Below, piece after piece: positions 18,431-27,029 of a stretch of 32,000 nucleotides of DNA. Numbering within the stretch: position 1 is the stretch's first letter; each line of letters opens with the position of its first letter. The stretch covers positions 600,001 through 632,000 of the forward strand of contig NZ_CP007496.1 in NCBI RefSeq assembly GCF_000803625.1, read 5' to 3'. A program made the translations under genes and the position numbers. The notes under the pieces are model-generated. The model searched no databases, was not told the DNA's origin, and saw only the letters and a list, made by a program, of their open reading frames with translations. The DNA is from Candidatus Nanosynbacter lyticus (lineage in GTDB: Bacteria; Patescibacteriota; Saccharimonadia; Saccharimonadales; Saccharimonadaceae).

Positions 18431-18513
18431 CCCACCATCTTCTCTCTAATTTTAGTATATCAAATTATCTAAATGACGAGAACCTACCCAACTTACAGTG
18501 CTATAATAAAGTT

Positions 18514-19764
18514 ATGAGGATTTATTTTTCGGGAATTGGTGGTGTCGCCATCGGTCCACTTAGTAGGATTGCCTTAGATGCAGGATATGACGTCTGCGGC
18601 TCAGATAAATCACCAAATCTTATCACTGATGAGCTAGAAGCGGCCGGCATATCTATTTCCTTTGACCAATCTGGTGAATATTTACGGTCAGAGCATAAAA
18701 AGGTGCCTTTTGACTGGTTCATTCATACCGCCGCATTACCTAACAATCACCCAGAGTTAGTTTTAGCCAGAGAATTAGGCATAAAAACCAGTAAGCGCGA
18801 CGAGCTATTGGCGCAGATAATTGCCAACAAGAACCTGAAGCTCATTGCAATTGCCGGCACCCACGGAAAAACCACCACCACAAGCATGTTAGTCTGGGTG
18901 ATGCAGCAACTGCAAATTCCCGTCAGCTATTCTGTTGGCTCGACATTAAGCTTCGCGCCAAGTGGAGAATTTAATGAAAATAGTCAATTTTTCGTGTACG
19001 AGTGTGATGAATTTGATCGCAATTTCTTACATTTTTCTCCGGAAATTAGCGTAATTACTTCGGTAGATTATGACCACCCAGACACATATCCAACAGAAAA
19101 ATCTTATTTAGAGGCTTTCCATGAGTTTGGCGAAAAATCCAAAAAAGTTATTGTCTGGCAAGAAAACTCCACCACATTTAATCCAAAAAACCTAATCACT
19201 TTAAGTGGCGCCGATCAAAATATTACCATACCCGGTAAACATAATCGAAAAAATGCCACACTGATAATTGAAACGTTAAAGCACATACCCACATCCGCCA
19301 ATAAGTCAGAAATATATCAAGCAATTAATTCTTTTCCAGGCTCAGGGCGTCGCTTTGAAAAATTGGCCGACAACTTATATTCTGATTATGGTCATCATCC
19401 AATTGAAATTCGCGCAACATTACAAATGGCCCGGGAGTTATCAGACCAGGTAGTGCTAGTATATCAACCACATCAAAACGTACGTCAGCATGAAATAATA
19501 GACCAGTATAGCGCGGATATTTTCCGTGATGCTAATGAAATTTACTGGCTGCCAACCTACTTAACTAGAGAAAATCCAGACCTACCAATTCTGACACCAC
19601 AACAACTCACCAAAAATATTGATCCAGAAAAACTTCATTTTGCTAATCTTGATGATAATCTGTGGCAAAATATTACCACAGCGCAAAAATCAGGAAAACT
19701 GGTCCTCTGTATGGGTGCGGGTACAATTGATGGCTGGATTCGTGAACAATTAGCTAAAGACTAG
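18514..19764 (+). CDS. murC: Mur ligase, UDP-N-acetylmuramate--L-alanine ligase-like
   Basis: IYFSGIGGVAIGPLSRIALDAGYDVCGSD, AIAGTHGKTTTTSML, SVDYDHPDTY; TGCTATAAT-N6-ATG upstream. Confidence 0.87.
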   Translation: MRIYFSGIGGVAIGPLSRIALDAGYDVCGSDKSPNLITDELEAAGISISFDQSGEYLRSEHKKVPFDWFIHTAALPNNHPELVLARELGIKTSKRDELLAQIIANKNLKLIAIAGTHGKTTTTSMLVWVMQQLQIPVSYSVGSTLSFAPSGEFNENSQFFVYECDEFDRNFLHFSPEISVITSVDYDHPDTYPTEKSYLEAFHEFGEKSKKVIVWQENSTTFNPKNLITLSGADQNITIPGKHNRKNATLIIETLKHIPTSANKSEIYQAINSFPGSGRRFEKLADNLYSDYGHHPIEIRATLQMARELSDQVVLVYQPHQNVRQHEIIDQYSADIFRDANEIYWLPTYLTRENPDLPILTPQQLTKNIDPEKLHFANLDDNLWQNITTAQKSGKLVLCMGAGTIDGWIREQLAKD

Positions 19765-20108
19765 CGATCATCGCCACTGCCGTGAATCTTTCCACGACTC
19801 TGACGACTAAGCAGTTTATCGTTATTTTTACGCGCTACTTCCTCCAAGCTACTGCCAAGCAGATGAGATATAGAATTAATATACCAGAGTGCATCACCCA
19901 GCTCCTTAATGATTGCGGCACGATCATCTTCAGAGATTTTGCCATCTTTGTCCCGTAATATTTTCTTAAATTTCTCCATTACTTCACCGGCTTCGCCACT
20001 CAAACCGAGGACCTGAGACATTAGTCTAGCATCAACATCACCATACTGATGAGAATCTTTATCTGTCAATGTAGAAAGTGCTTTTGTTGAGTAGTCGTTA
20101 AATTTCAT
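19761..20108 (-). CDS. MazG-like nucleoside triphosphate pyrophosphohydrolase
   Basis: GLSGEAGEVMEKFKKILRDKDG...IIKELGDALWYINSISHLLG. Confidence 0.88.
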   Translation of the reverse strand: MKFNDYSTKALSTLTDKDSHQYGDVDARLMSQVLGLSGEAGEVMEKFKKILRDKDGKISEDDRAAIIKELGDALWYINSISHLLGSSLEEVARKNNDKLLSRQSRGKIHGSGDDR

Positions 20109-20130
20109 AAAACTCCTTAATTTTAGTATA

Positions 20131-20775
20131 TTATCTGTGCGCCGCTTTTACAAAATTGATAATTCTACCCTCACTCAGCCAACGCTGTTCGTAGGCGGTA
20201 AGGATTTTGTAGTCTTCGCCGAGATCTGACTCGTGCAAATCAAAGGTCAATTCTTTCAAACACCAACCTTCAGTAACCAGCTGCTCGAGACTCCAATTGA
20301 AAAAGTCAGGATTGTCATGTTTGATGATTAGCGACCCGTCAGGTTGTAATAATTCGGCATAAGTTTTTAGAAAATGCGGATGCGTCAAACGACGTCCAGC
20401 ACTGCGCTTTCGCAGAAATGGATCAGAGAAGGTTAGCCAAATAGCATTTAGCGAGTTAGGTGTAAACAACTCGCCAAGCTGATCAGCCCGAGCTCTAACA
20501 AAAAACACATTATTAAGCCCGCGAGCCTCCGCTTCCCGCGCACCTTTCTGCAAGCGATCGCCCTTGACATCAACCGCCACAAACACCTGTTCCGGATGAC
20601 GGGTCGCCAACTCCACTATAAACATACCGTTACCAGCACCAATTTCCACCACATCAACCTGGTGCGGTACCCATTCATCAAACTCAAAGCATAGCGGCGA
20701 GTTGTGAAACAGCGCAAATTTATATTTTTTACGCTTGCGGGTAATAATAAACTGATTCGGATCGACAAAACTCAT
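20131..20775 (-). CDS. trmB: tRNA (guanine-N7-)-methyltransferase
   Basis: VVEIGAGNGMFIVELATRHPEQVFVAVDVKGDR, WLTFSDPFLRKRSAGRRLTHPHFL, DLHES; divergence from standard FPDPWPKKRHxKRR noted. Confidence 0.88.
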   Translation of the reverse strand: MSFVDPNQFIITRKRKKYKFALFHNSPLCFEFDEWVPHQVDVVEIGAGNGMFIVELATRHPEQVFVAVDVKGDRLQKGAREAEARGLNNVFFVRARADQLGELFTPNSLNAIWLTFSDPFLRKRSAGRRLTHPHFLKTYAELLQPDGSLIIKHDNPDFFNWSLEQLVTEGWCLKELTFDLHESDLGEDYKILTAYEQRWLSEGRIINFVKAAHR

Positions 20776-20799
20776 ATTTTACATTATACTAAATCAATA

Positions 20800-21702
20800 A
20801 TGGATAAGCTTATAAAACAGTTTTTGGACTCTTCTACTTTAGGGCAATGGCTACATGGAAATAACATGGGCTGGCTAATTAGCGAGCGTATTATTGACAC
20901 CATAAGCGTTGTTGCTGGTTCCGTTTTTGTATACTTTATCGTAAAATATTTACTTTCTTCAGCGATACATTACTCAATTCGCTCTACCGCTAAACATCGG
21001 TCCTGGCACCACAAGGATATAGAAAAACGTGAAAAAACCCTTATTCAGTTAACCCGCAGTTTCTGGCGAATTATAATTACGTTTTACGTTGTTGCCATCA
21101 TTGCTAATAAGTTATTTTTGTTCGATTTATCACCGCTCTTTGCTAGCGCCGGAATAATTGGTGTGGCCTTAGGATTTGGCGCCCAGTCACTAGTTAAAGA
21201 CTTCCTGTCTGGAATTTTTATCATCGCCGAGAACCAATATCGCGTCGGTGACGTGGTTGACATCATGGGCGCCGCCGGCACGGTTGAAAGAGTTGGCACT
21301 CGCACCACTGTTATACGCGACTCTGGCGGTAATGTCCATTACGTACCCAACGGCACAATTCAGCATGTCATCAACAAAACGATGGGCTACAGCATGTCGC
21401 GCTTTAGTATTTATATTGACCCCAGCTCTGATATATCTGAGGTTACACACATTATTAATTCTACTGGCGAAAAATTAGCCAAAGAAAAAGCTTGGCAAAA
21501 GAAAATTATTGATCCACCTAAATTTGTTTCTGTCGGTGACATTACTGGGAGAGGTACGGAATTAATTATCGCTGGAAAAACTCAGCCATCCGACCAATGG
21601 GCAGTAACTTCTGAAATGCGTCATCGCTTGTTGCAAAACTTTGACCGCGAAGGAGTCCTTCTGGCAACGCTGCCAACACCAACACCAATAATTAAAAAAT
21701 AG
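20800..21702 (+). CDS. MscS-family mechanosensitive ion channel
   Basis: SPLFASAGIIGVALGFGAQSLVKDFLSGIFIIAENQYRVGDVVDIMGAAGTVERVGTRTTVIRDSGGNVHYVPNG. Confidence 0.93.
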   Translation: MDKLIKQFLDSSTLGQWLHGNNMGWLISERIIDTISVVAGSVFVYFIVKYLLSSAIHYSIRSTAKHRSWHHKDIEKREKTLIQLTRSFWRIIITFYVVAIIANKLFLFDLSPLFASAGIIGVALGFGAQSLVKDFLSGIFIIAENQYRVGDVVDIMGAAGTVERVGTRTTVIRDSGGNVHYVPNGTIQHVINKTMGYSMSRFSIYIDPSSDISEVTHIINSTGEKLAKEKAWQKKIIDPPKFVSVGDITGRGTELIIAGKTQPSDQWAVTSEMRHRLLQNFDREGVLLATLPTPTPIIKK

Positions 21703-21703
21703 T

Positions 21704-22048
21704 TTAGTTACTACGCAGACCCAATTCTTTGTCACTGAGCACATCGTTAGAAAATGCTTTGATTTTGCTTACGTTGTCTACTTCCTTATCATATACACCC
21801 AGGAAGTCTTTTAGCGTACCATGATTAACCTGACCCTGGGCGTCAAATTCACGACTCTTCTCGTTAGCATCTTTACTTATCTGCTTTCGACGTGACGAAT
21901 ATTCAGGACGACTCAAATCCAAACGATAAGCATCAGTTTTATAGTATGTAAACATGGCCACCAGGACCAAAAAAACAGAGATAGTAATTGTTAACCCAAT
22001 AAAAGTCACGAACTTATACTGACACAACAAGTCTTTTAGCCTATCCAT
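21704..22048 (-). CDS. Hypothetical membrane-anchored protein (one TM)
   Basis: KFVTFIGLTITISVFLVLVAMFTYY followed by charged domain; overlaps the upstream gene. Confidence 0.7.
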   Translation of the reverse strand: MDRLKDLLCQYKFVTFIGLTITISVFLVLVAMFTYYKTDAYRLDLSRPEYSSRRKQISKDANEKSREFDAQGQVNHGTLKDFLGVYDKEVDNVSKIKAFSNDVLSDKELGLRSN

Positions 22049-22583
22049 TTTGGCCTCCAGAAATTGAGCCCTTAACAGCCTGAACCTCTTCCCTATACCT
22101 AATCAACAAATCATTCATCGTCTTTATGTCTTCAGACAAGCGATTTCGCGCGTCTCTGGCAGCAATCAACTTTTGATAGTAATCCGCTATATTATCTAGG
22201 CAACTAGCTCGCTGCAATTCGGTCATTGCTGTATCATAATCATTATAATTACTATTAAACTTAAGTCGCGCTGACTCAAAATTATTAGTGATATTGACTA
22301 ATTTAGAGCTATCCAGCTTGTTAATGGCTAGCCTACCGTTTAATCTGGCCATCAGTTTAGTAGAAATAGAATTATACCTTTGACCAACATTAACCCTAGT
22401 TAATGCGTCATTGGTATGAATATTCTTAACAGCCACTCGCACAGAACTACAGTTTTGACGAAGTGCTTTAGTAATTTCTGAATCAATACTAACGTCCACT
22501 GATTCAGCCAAAACTGTCTGTGGTGTGATTAGCAGACTTGAAGCAACTAAAAAAGACGCGAGATAGAAAGTGGTTTTTCTCAT
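22041..22583 (-). CDS. Hypothetical secreted/cell-surface protein
   Basis: MRKTTFYLASFLVASSLLITPQTVLAES signal peptide, helical body. Confidence 0.78.
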   Translation of the reverse strand: MRKTTFYLASFLVASSLLITPQTVLAESVDVSIDSEITKALRQNCSSVRVAVKNIHTNDALTRVNVGQRYNSISTKLMARLNGRLAINKLDSSKLVNITNNFESARLKFNSNYNDYDTAMTELQRASCLDNIADYYQKLIAARDARNRLSEDIKTMNDLLIRYREEVQAVKGSISGGQNG

Positions 22584-22624
22584 CACTTAATATTATCTCA
22601 CGTCTTCTTGAATATAGTCAAATA

Positions 22625-22894
22625 TTACTTAAAGCGCTTTTCGACGTTACCCTTAACGTCTTTCGCAGTTTCCGTGACAGCATCGCCTACTTTTCGGGAA
22701 CCAACTTTTAACGAATCAACGCTATCTTTAGCTACCGCAGCCGCCTTACCGGCAACCTTTTCTGTGTCAGCCTTCAATTTGACGGCTTTCTTCTTTAAAT
22801 CTTTACGAGTCTCTTTACCGCTCTTTGGCGCCGTTAAAATTCCTGCTGCAAAACCTGCTGCTGCTGCACCGATAATTGCTAATACTTTTTTCAT
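22625..22894 (-). CDS. YtxH-domain protein
   Basis: VLAIIGAAAAGFAAGILTAPKSGKETRKDLKKKAVKLKAD...; AAGGAG Shine-Dalgarno. Confidence 0.85.
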   Translation of the reverse strand: MKKVLAIIGAAAAGFAAGILTAPKSGKETRKDLKKKAVKLKADTEKVAGKAAAVAKDSVDSLKVGSRKVGDAVTETAKDVKGNVEKRFK

Positions 22895-22916
22895 ATTACT
22901 ACTCCTTTTTATTTAA

Positions 22917-23138
22917 TTATTTTTTACGAAACAATCCTGATATTTCACTAAAAACTTTTGTTGGCGACAACCATTCGGTCGCACTGGCAACATTTGTCGT
23001 AATTCTGCCAACACTCTTCATGATTGCGTTAATCCTTACCAACAGGGTAATAACTACCACCAGCAACGCCACGATAATAACAGACAATAACCCGACTATG
23101 ATCGATAATAAGATTATGGTTGTTTGAATATCTTCCAC
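22917..23138 (-). CDS. Small membrane protein upstream of the YtxH gene
   Basis: IILLSIIVGLLSVIIVALLVVVITLLVRINAIMKSVGRIT; GTG start. Confidence 0.65.
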   Translation of the reverse strand: MEDIQTTIILLSIIVGLLSVIIVALLVVVITLLVRINAIMKSVGRITTNVASATEWLSPTKVFSEISGLFRKK

Positions 23139-23300
23139 GCCTTGCCTTTCTGTAAAAGTTTATATTTCTTATGTTTATTGTAGCATGCTTTACTAATTTG
23201 TTTGTATTAGATAATCTAACTATTTGACTATAGCATAAGCTTATTAAAATGTCAATAGCCCAATCTTCGAACAAAGTTATTGCGGTAAAATAATACGGTT

Positions 23301-23835
23301 ATGCAAAACATTATTAAGAAGTATATTCCAGAATTTGTCTATGGCGCAGTCGATGGCACCGTAACAACATTCGCGGTCGTGGCGGCCTCAGCTGGAGCTG
23401 GAATTTCCAGCGCGGTAATCCTTATTTTAGGTATTGCTAATTTAATTGCCGATGGATTCTCAATGGGATCCAGTGCCTACTTAGCAGCCAGCGCCGAACA
23501 TGACGAGTTGGTTCATAATAAGAAAAAAACAGTCCTCATCAAAAATAATAGGACTAATGACATTTTCAGCCTTCGTCATAGTTGGCAGTGTACTGGTCCT
23601 GCCCTACTTAATTGATGTTATAGTAAACCTAAAAATTTCCAGCACAACATTATTTTACGTTAGCTCAATATTAACTGCTGTCGTATTCGTATTAATCGGC
23701 TTCATTAAAGGAAAAGTTAGCGAGCAATCGCCGTAGCGATCATCCGTAATCACTCTAACGCTAGGTGCAATTGCAGCTGGTTTGGCTTACTTTGCTGGTG
23801 ATATTTTAGCATCTTGGTTAGGTGTTCGAATATAA
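23301..23835 (+). pseudogene. VIT1/CCC1-family transporter, disrupted by +1 frameshift and in-frame TAG
   Basis: Frame 1 VYGAVDGTVTTFAVVAASAGAGISSAVILILGIANLIADGFSMGSSAYLAASAEHDELVHNKKK, then frame 2 GLMTFSAFVIVGSVLVLPYLIDVI...GKVSEQSP*RSSVITLTLGAIAAGLAYFAGDILASWLGVRI. Confidence 0.85.
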
Positions 23836-23891
23836 CCCTCCGGTCATCTACTTTGGCAGAAAATCCAGATTATTCATGATACAGTAGAAAT

Positions 23892-24893
23892 ATGAGCCAT
23901 CACTCCTCCTCGCCTGCCATGCCCGGTGTCAATCTGGGTGGCTGGCTGGTGCTAGAACGATGGATGACGCCAAGTGTATTTGCCGAAATAGACGCGACCA
24001 ACGAATATGAATTATCTCAAACCGTAGACGGACAGGCGCGCATCCAGCAGCATCGACAAACCTTCATCCAAGAAGCTGACCTCAAATGGCTGGCGCACGC
24101 TGGTATACGACTACTAAGACTGCCGATTGGCTACTGGGCGCTCGAGGATCAGCCGCCGTATCTATCAGCAAAACCACAGATTGATTGGCTGATGGACATG
24201 GCTCGGCAGTATGATTTACAGGTGCTGCTCGATCTCCACGCCGCGCCTGGTGCTCAAAATGCCAGTGACCACAGCGGTAGCGGTAATACCGGTAACGTTC
24301 AATGGTATCAACGCGCCAATCAACAAAAGACCACGCAGATACTACTGGATATCGCCAGTGAATACGGCGGGCATCCAGCGCTATGGGGTATCGAACTGCT
24401 CAATGAGCCCCTGGTGAACACCCGACGTGAACGATGGCAATTGTGGCGGTGGACACGCAAAACGAGCCGAACATTGCGTAGTAAATTGCCGCCTCATGTG
24501 CGCATCGTGGCGTCTGATTGTTACCAGCCAGCCTGGTGGTCGGGGCGCGTCGGGTCTAATACGCTGGATATACATCATTATCAGTGCTTCTCCGATACGG
24601 ACAATCAAGCGACGTCGCTAACTCACCACCGTCAGGTACTTGACCAACGGTCTGGCGAGTACCGCGATTATGCCCAGCAGCAGCCACTAATCATCGGCGA
24701 GTGGAGTGCTGCCCTGCCGCCAGGCGTTGCCAGCGATAGTACCGAATACGCCCACTGCCAATCGCAACTTGCCGTACCAGCAAACGTTGACGCTTGGTTT
24801 TACTGGAGTTACAAGACTGAAAGCCCTGGAGCTTGGAACTTTCGAGATTGCTACAGCAAGGGGTGGTTTAACGGTATGCTTAGCTCACGGTAG
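23892..24893 (+). CDS. Glycoside hydrolase family 5, exo-beta-1,3-glucanase-like
   Basis: GVNLGGWLVLERWMTPSVF, RLPIGYWAL, VLLDLHAAPGAQN, GIELLNEP (acid/base), IIGEWSAAL (nucleophile), DAWFYWSYKTE; no signal peptide. Confidence 0.92.
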   Translation: MSHHSSSPAMPGVNLGGWLVLERWMTPSVFAEIDATNEYELSQTVDGQARIQQHRQTFIQEADLKWLAHAGIRLLRLPIGYWALEDQPPYLSAKPQIDWLMDMARQYDLQVLLDLHAAPGAQNASDHSGSGNTGNVQWYQRANQQKTTQILLDIASEYGGHPALWGIELLNEPLVNTRRERWQLWRWTRKTSRTLRSKLPPHVRIVASDCYQPAWWSGRVGSNTLDIHHYQCFSDTDNQATSLTHHRQVLDQRSGEYRDYAQQQPLIIGEWSAALPPGVASDSTEYAHCQSQLAVPANVDAWFYWSYKTESPGAWNFRDCYSKGWFNGMLSSR

Positions 24894-24909
24894 ATGGTAT
24901 AATGGATAT

Positions 24910-25086
24910 ATGTCTTTTCCTAAATTAATTTACAGTATCGCAGTCCTGGTCATTATCGCTTGGGTATTGAGCATGGTATTTCGCCTTGCCGCCTGGTTGA
25001 TCAACGGGTTGCTTTATGTTGCAGTTCTGGTTGTTGTTATTGGCCTTATTGCACAATTTATCAGCCAGAAAAAGCAGCGAAAATAA
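24910..25086 (+). CDS. Small two-TM membrane protein (58 aa)
   Basis: MSFPKLIYSIAVLVIIAWVLSMVFRLAAWLINGLLYVAVLVVVIGLIAQFISQKKQRK, preceded by TGGTATAAT-N6-ATG. Confidence 0.7.
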   Translation: MSFPKLIYSIAVLVIIAWVLSMVFRLAAWLINGLLYVAVLVVVIGLIAQFISQKKQRK

Positions 25087-25107
25087 CTCGCCTGTCACTA
25101 TAGAATA

Positions 25108-25134
25108 ATCACGGCAGATTTACGCCGCCGTGAT
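25108..25134. terminator. Inverted repeat between convergent genes, possible terminator
   Basis: ATCACGGC...GCCGTGAT, 8 bp stem with 11 nt loop; no strong T tract. Confidence 0.5.
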
Positions 25135-25139
25135 GTATA

Positions 25140-26981
25140 TTATAATCCTAATTCTCGTAGTTGCACTGGATCAACCGTCGACGGTGAGTCCATCATCACA
25201 TCGACACCCGAACCATTCTTTGGAAAGGCTAAGGTTTCGCGAACATTAGTTTCGTCGATGAGCTCCATGAGGATGCGGTCGACGCCAAAGGCGCAACCAG
25301 CGTGTGGCGGTGCGCCGTATTTGAAGGCGTTTAGCATGGCGCCAAATTTTTCTTCGACGTAGCTTTTGCTAAAGCCAAGCAGATCAAACACTTTGTACAG
25401 CACCGCTGGGTTGTGGTTGCGCACGCCGCCAGAGCAAATTTCGTAGCCGTTCATCACCATGTCGAATTGATCAGCCACGATAGCGAGTTTTTCGGTATCG
25501 GTCGTCGCCGATTCCAGCGCCTTTAGACCGCCCTTTGGCATACTAAATGGGTTATGGCCAAAATCAAGCTTCTTGCCGTGGTCGTCCCATTCATAAAACG
25601 GAAAATCGATGATCCAAGCAAACGCCACCACACTCGGGTCTTTCAGGTTGAAATGAGTAGCAAATTCGTTTCTCAGACGGCCAAGCACGGCGTTGACAAC
25701 TGGGCGAGCGTCAGCACCAAAGAATATAACGTCACCGTCCTCAGGGTTCATTTTCTCTATAAGTAATTTGTGTTCTTCGTCTGACAAGAACTTTGCCACT
25801 GGCGAAATCACATCATAAAAACAAGGAGCGTTAGTATGCATTGGTATCACGTGGCCCTGCGCCTCATCTGTATTTTTAATTGTCGCGTACTTGATATAAG
25901 CTAAACCGCCCGCCCCCTCACTTTTGGCAATGTCTGTGAATTGGTCAATTTGCTTGCGGCTGAGACTGGCGCCATTTTTGACGCAAATCGCCTTGATACA
26001 CTCAGCGTTTTTGAACACGCCAAATTCGGTGTCGGCGAATACATCTGTCAGTTCAATCAGCTCCATACCAAAGCGCAAATCCGGCTTGTCCGAGCCATAC
26101 GTCTCCATGGCGTCGCGGTAGGAAATACGCGGAATTGGACTGCCTTCACCAACAGACAGGTCGCTCAAATCCAGCAATTTCTTGCCCGCAAACTCAGTCG
26201 CTAGCTGTCGCATCAACGGTTCGACCTCACGGCGAACTTCCTCGCCGTCCTCAACGAAACTCATCTCCAGATCCAGCTGGTAAAACTCGCCGTACAGTCG
26301 ATCGGCCCGCGGATCTTCGTCGCGAAAACACGCCGCCAACTGGTAATACCGCGGCACGCCGCCAACCATCAGCAGCTGCTTGAACTGCTGCGGTGCTTGC
26401 GGTAGAGCGTAAAACTTACCTTCTTGCAGACGACTGGGGATCAGAAAATCGCGCGCGCCCTCGGGGCTGGAATTTGCCAAAATCGGCGTCTGAATTTCGA
26501 TGAATTGGCGCTCGTCCATGTACTGATGCATCCGTCGGTACATTTCAGCACGTTTTTTCAGCATCTGTTGCATCTTCGGGCGGCGCAGGTCGAGGTAACG
26601 ATACTTAAAACGCAAGTCCTCGCCCGCTTGGTTTTCCTCGGCGAACGGCTGAATTGGCAAGGTCTCAGCACGGTTGAGAATTTCCAGATTTTCCACCACG
26701 ATTTCCACATTACCGCTGGCAATATTTGGGTTTTTCAAACCCTCGCCACGCTCAGTCACCACACCGCTGGCACGAATCACAAACTCATCGCGCAGACTTT
26801 CCGCCAAACGAAAGGCTTCCGCCTGCTCAGGATTAATCACCAGCTGCACCAAGCCAGTATGGTCGCGTAGGTCAATAAAAATCAGCCCGCCGTGATCGCG
26901 CCGGGAGTGTACCCAGCCCGCTACCGTAATACTTTTCCCAACTTCATCAGAGGTCTTTGCTGCCAAAATTCTATTTTTCAT
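25140..26981 (-). CDS. aspS: Aspartyl-tRNA synthetase (bacterial type with GAD domain)
   Basis: VAGWVHSRRDHGGLIFIDLRDHTGLVQLV, FLIPSRLQEGKFYALPQAPQQFKQLLMVGG, RYYQLAACFRDEDPRADR, GAPPHAGCAFGVDRILM. Confidence 0.97.
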   Translation of the reverse strand: MKNRILAAKTSDEVGKSITVAGWVHSRRDHGGLIFIDLRDHTGLVQLVINPEQAEAFRLAESLRDEFVIRASGVVTERGEGLKNPNIASGNVEIVVENLEILNRAETLPIQPFAEENQAGEDLRFKYRYLDLRRPKMQQMLKKRAEMYRRMHQYMDERQFIEIQTPILANSSPEGARDFLIPSRLQEGKFYALPQAPQQFKQLLMVGGVPRYYQLAACFRDEDPRADRLYGEFYQLDLEMSFVEDGEEVRREVEPLMRQLATEFAGKKLLDLSDLSVGEGSPIPRISYRDAMETYGSDKPDLRFGMELIELTDVFADTEFGVFKNAECIKAICVKNGASLSRKQIDQFTDIAKSEGAGGLAYIKYATIKNTDEAQGHVIPMHTNAPCFYDVISPVAKFLSDEEHKLLIEKMNPEDGDVIFFGADARPVVNAVLGRLRNEFATHFNLKDPSVVAFAWIIDFPFYEWDDHGKKLDFGHNPFSMPKGGLKALESATTDTEKLAIVADQFDMVMNGYEICSGGVRNHNPAVLYKVFDLLGFSKSYVEEKFGAMLNAFKYGAPPHAGCAFGVDRILMELIDETNVRETLAFPKNGSGVDVMMDSPSTVDPVQLRELGL

Positions 26982-26988
26982 ATCTGTT

Positions 26989-27023
26989 ATTATACCACAG
27001 CAGCGACAGTTTTATGCTATAAT
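26989..27023. promoter_or_regulatory. Back-to-back extended -10 promoters for aspS (-) and the Mrr-like gene (+)
   Basis: Minus TGGTATAAT-N7-ATG (26989-26994) and plus TGCTATAAT-N6-ATG (27018-27023). Confidence 0.65.
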
Positions 27024-27029
27024 CACCAC

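Noticed and set aside
7552-23835. Stop-codon recoding as an explanation for the in-frame TAA in the MazG-like gene and TAG in the VIT-like gene
   Set aside because: TAA and TAG end many intact conserved genes in this window, and the VIT-like gene also needs a frameshift. Local gene decay explains both more simply.
26424-26870. 148-aa plus-strand ORF and neighbours opposite aspS
   Set aside because: Antisense shadows; aspS reading is unambiguous.
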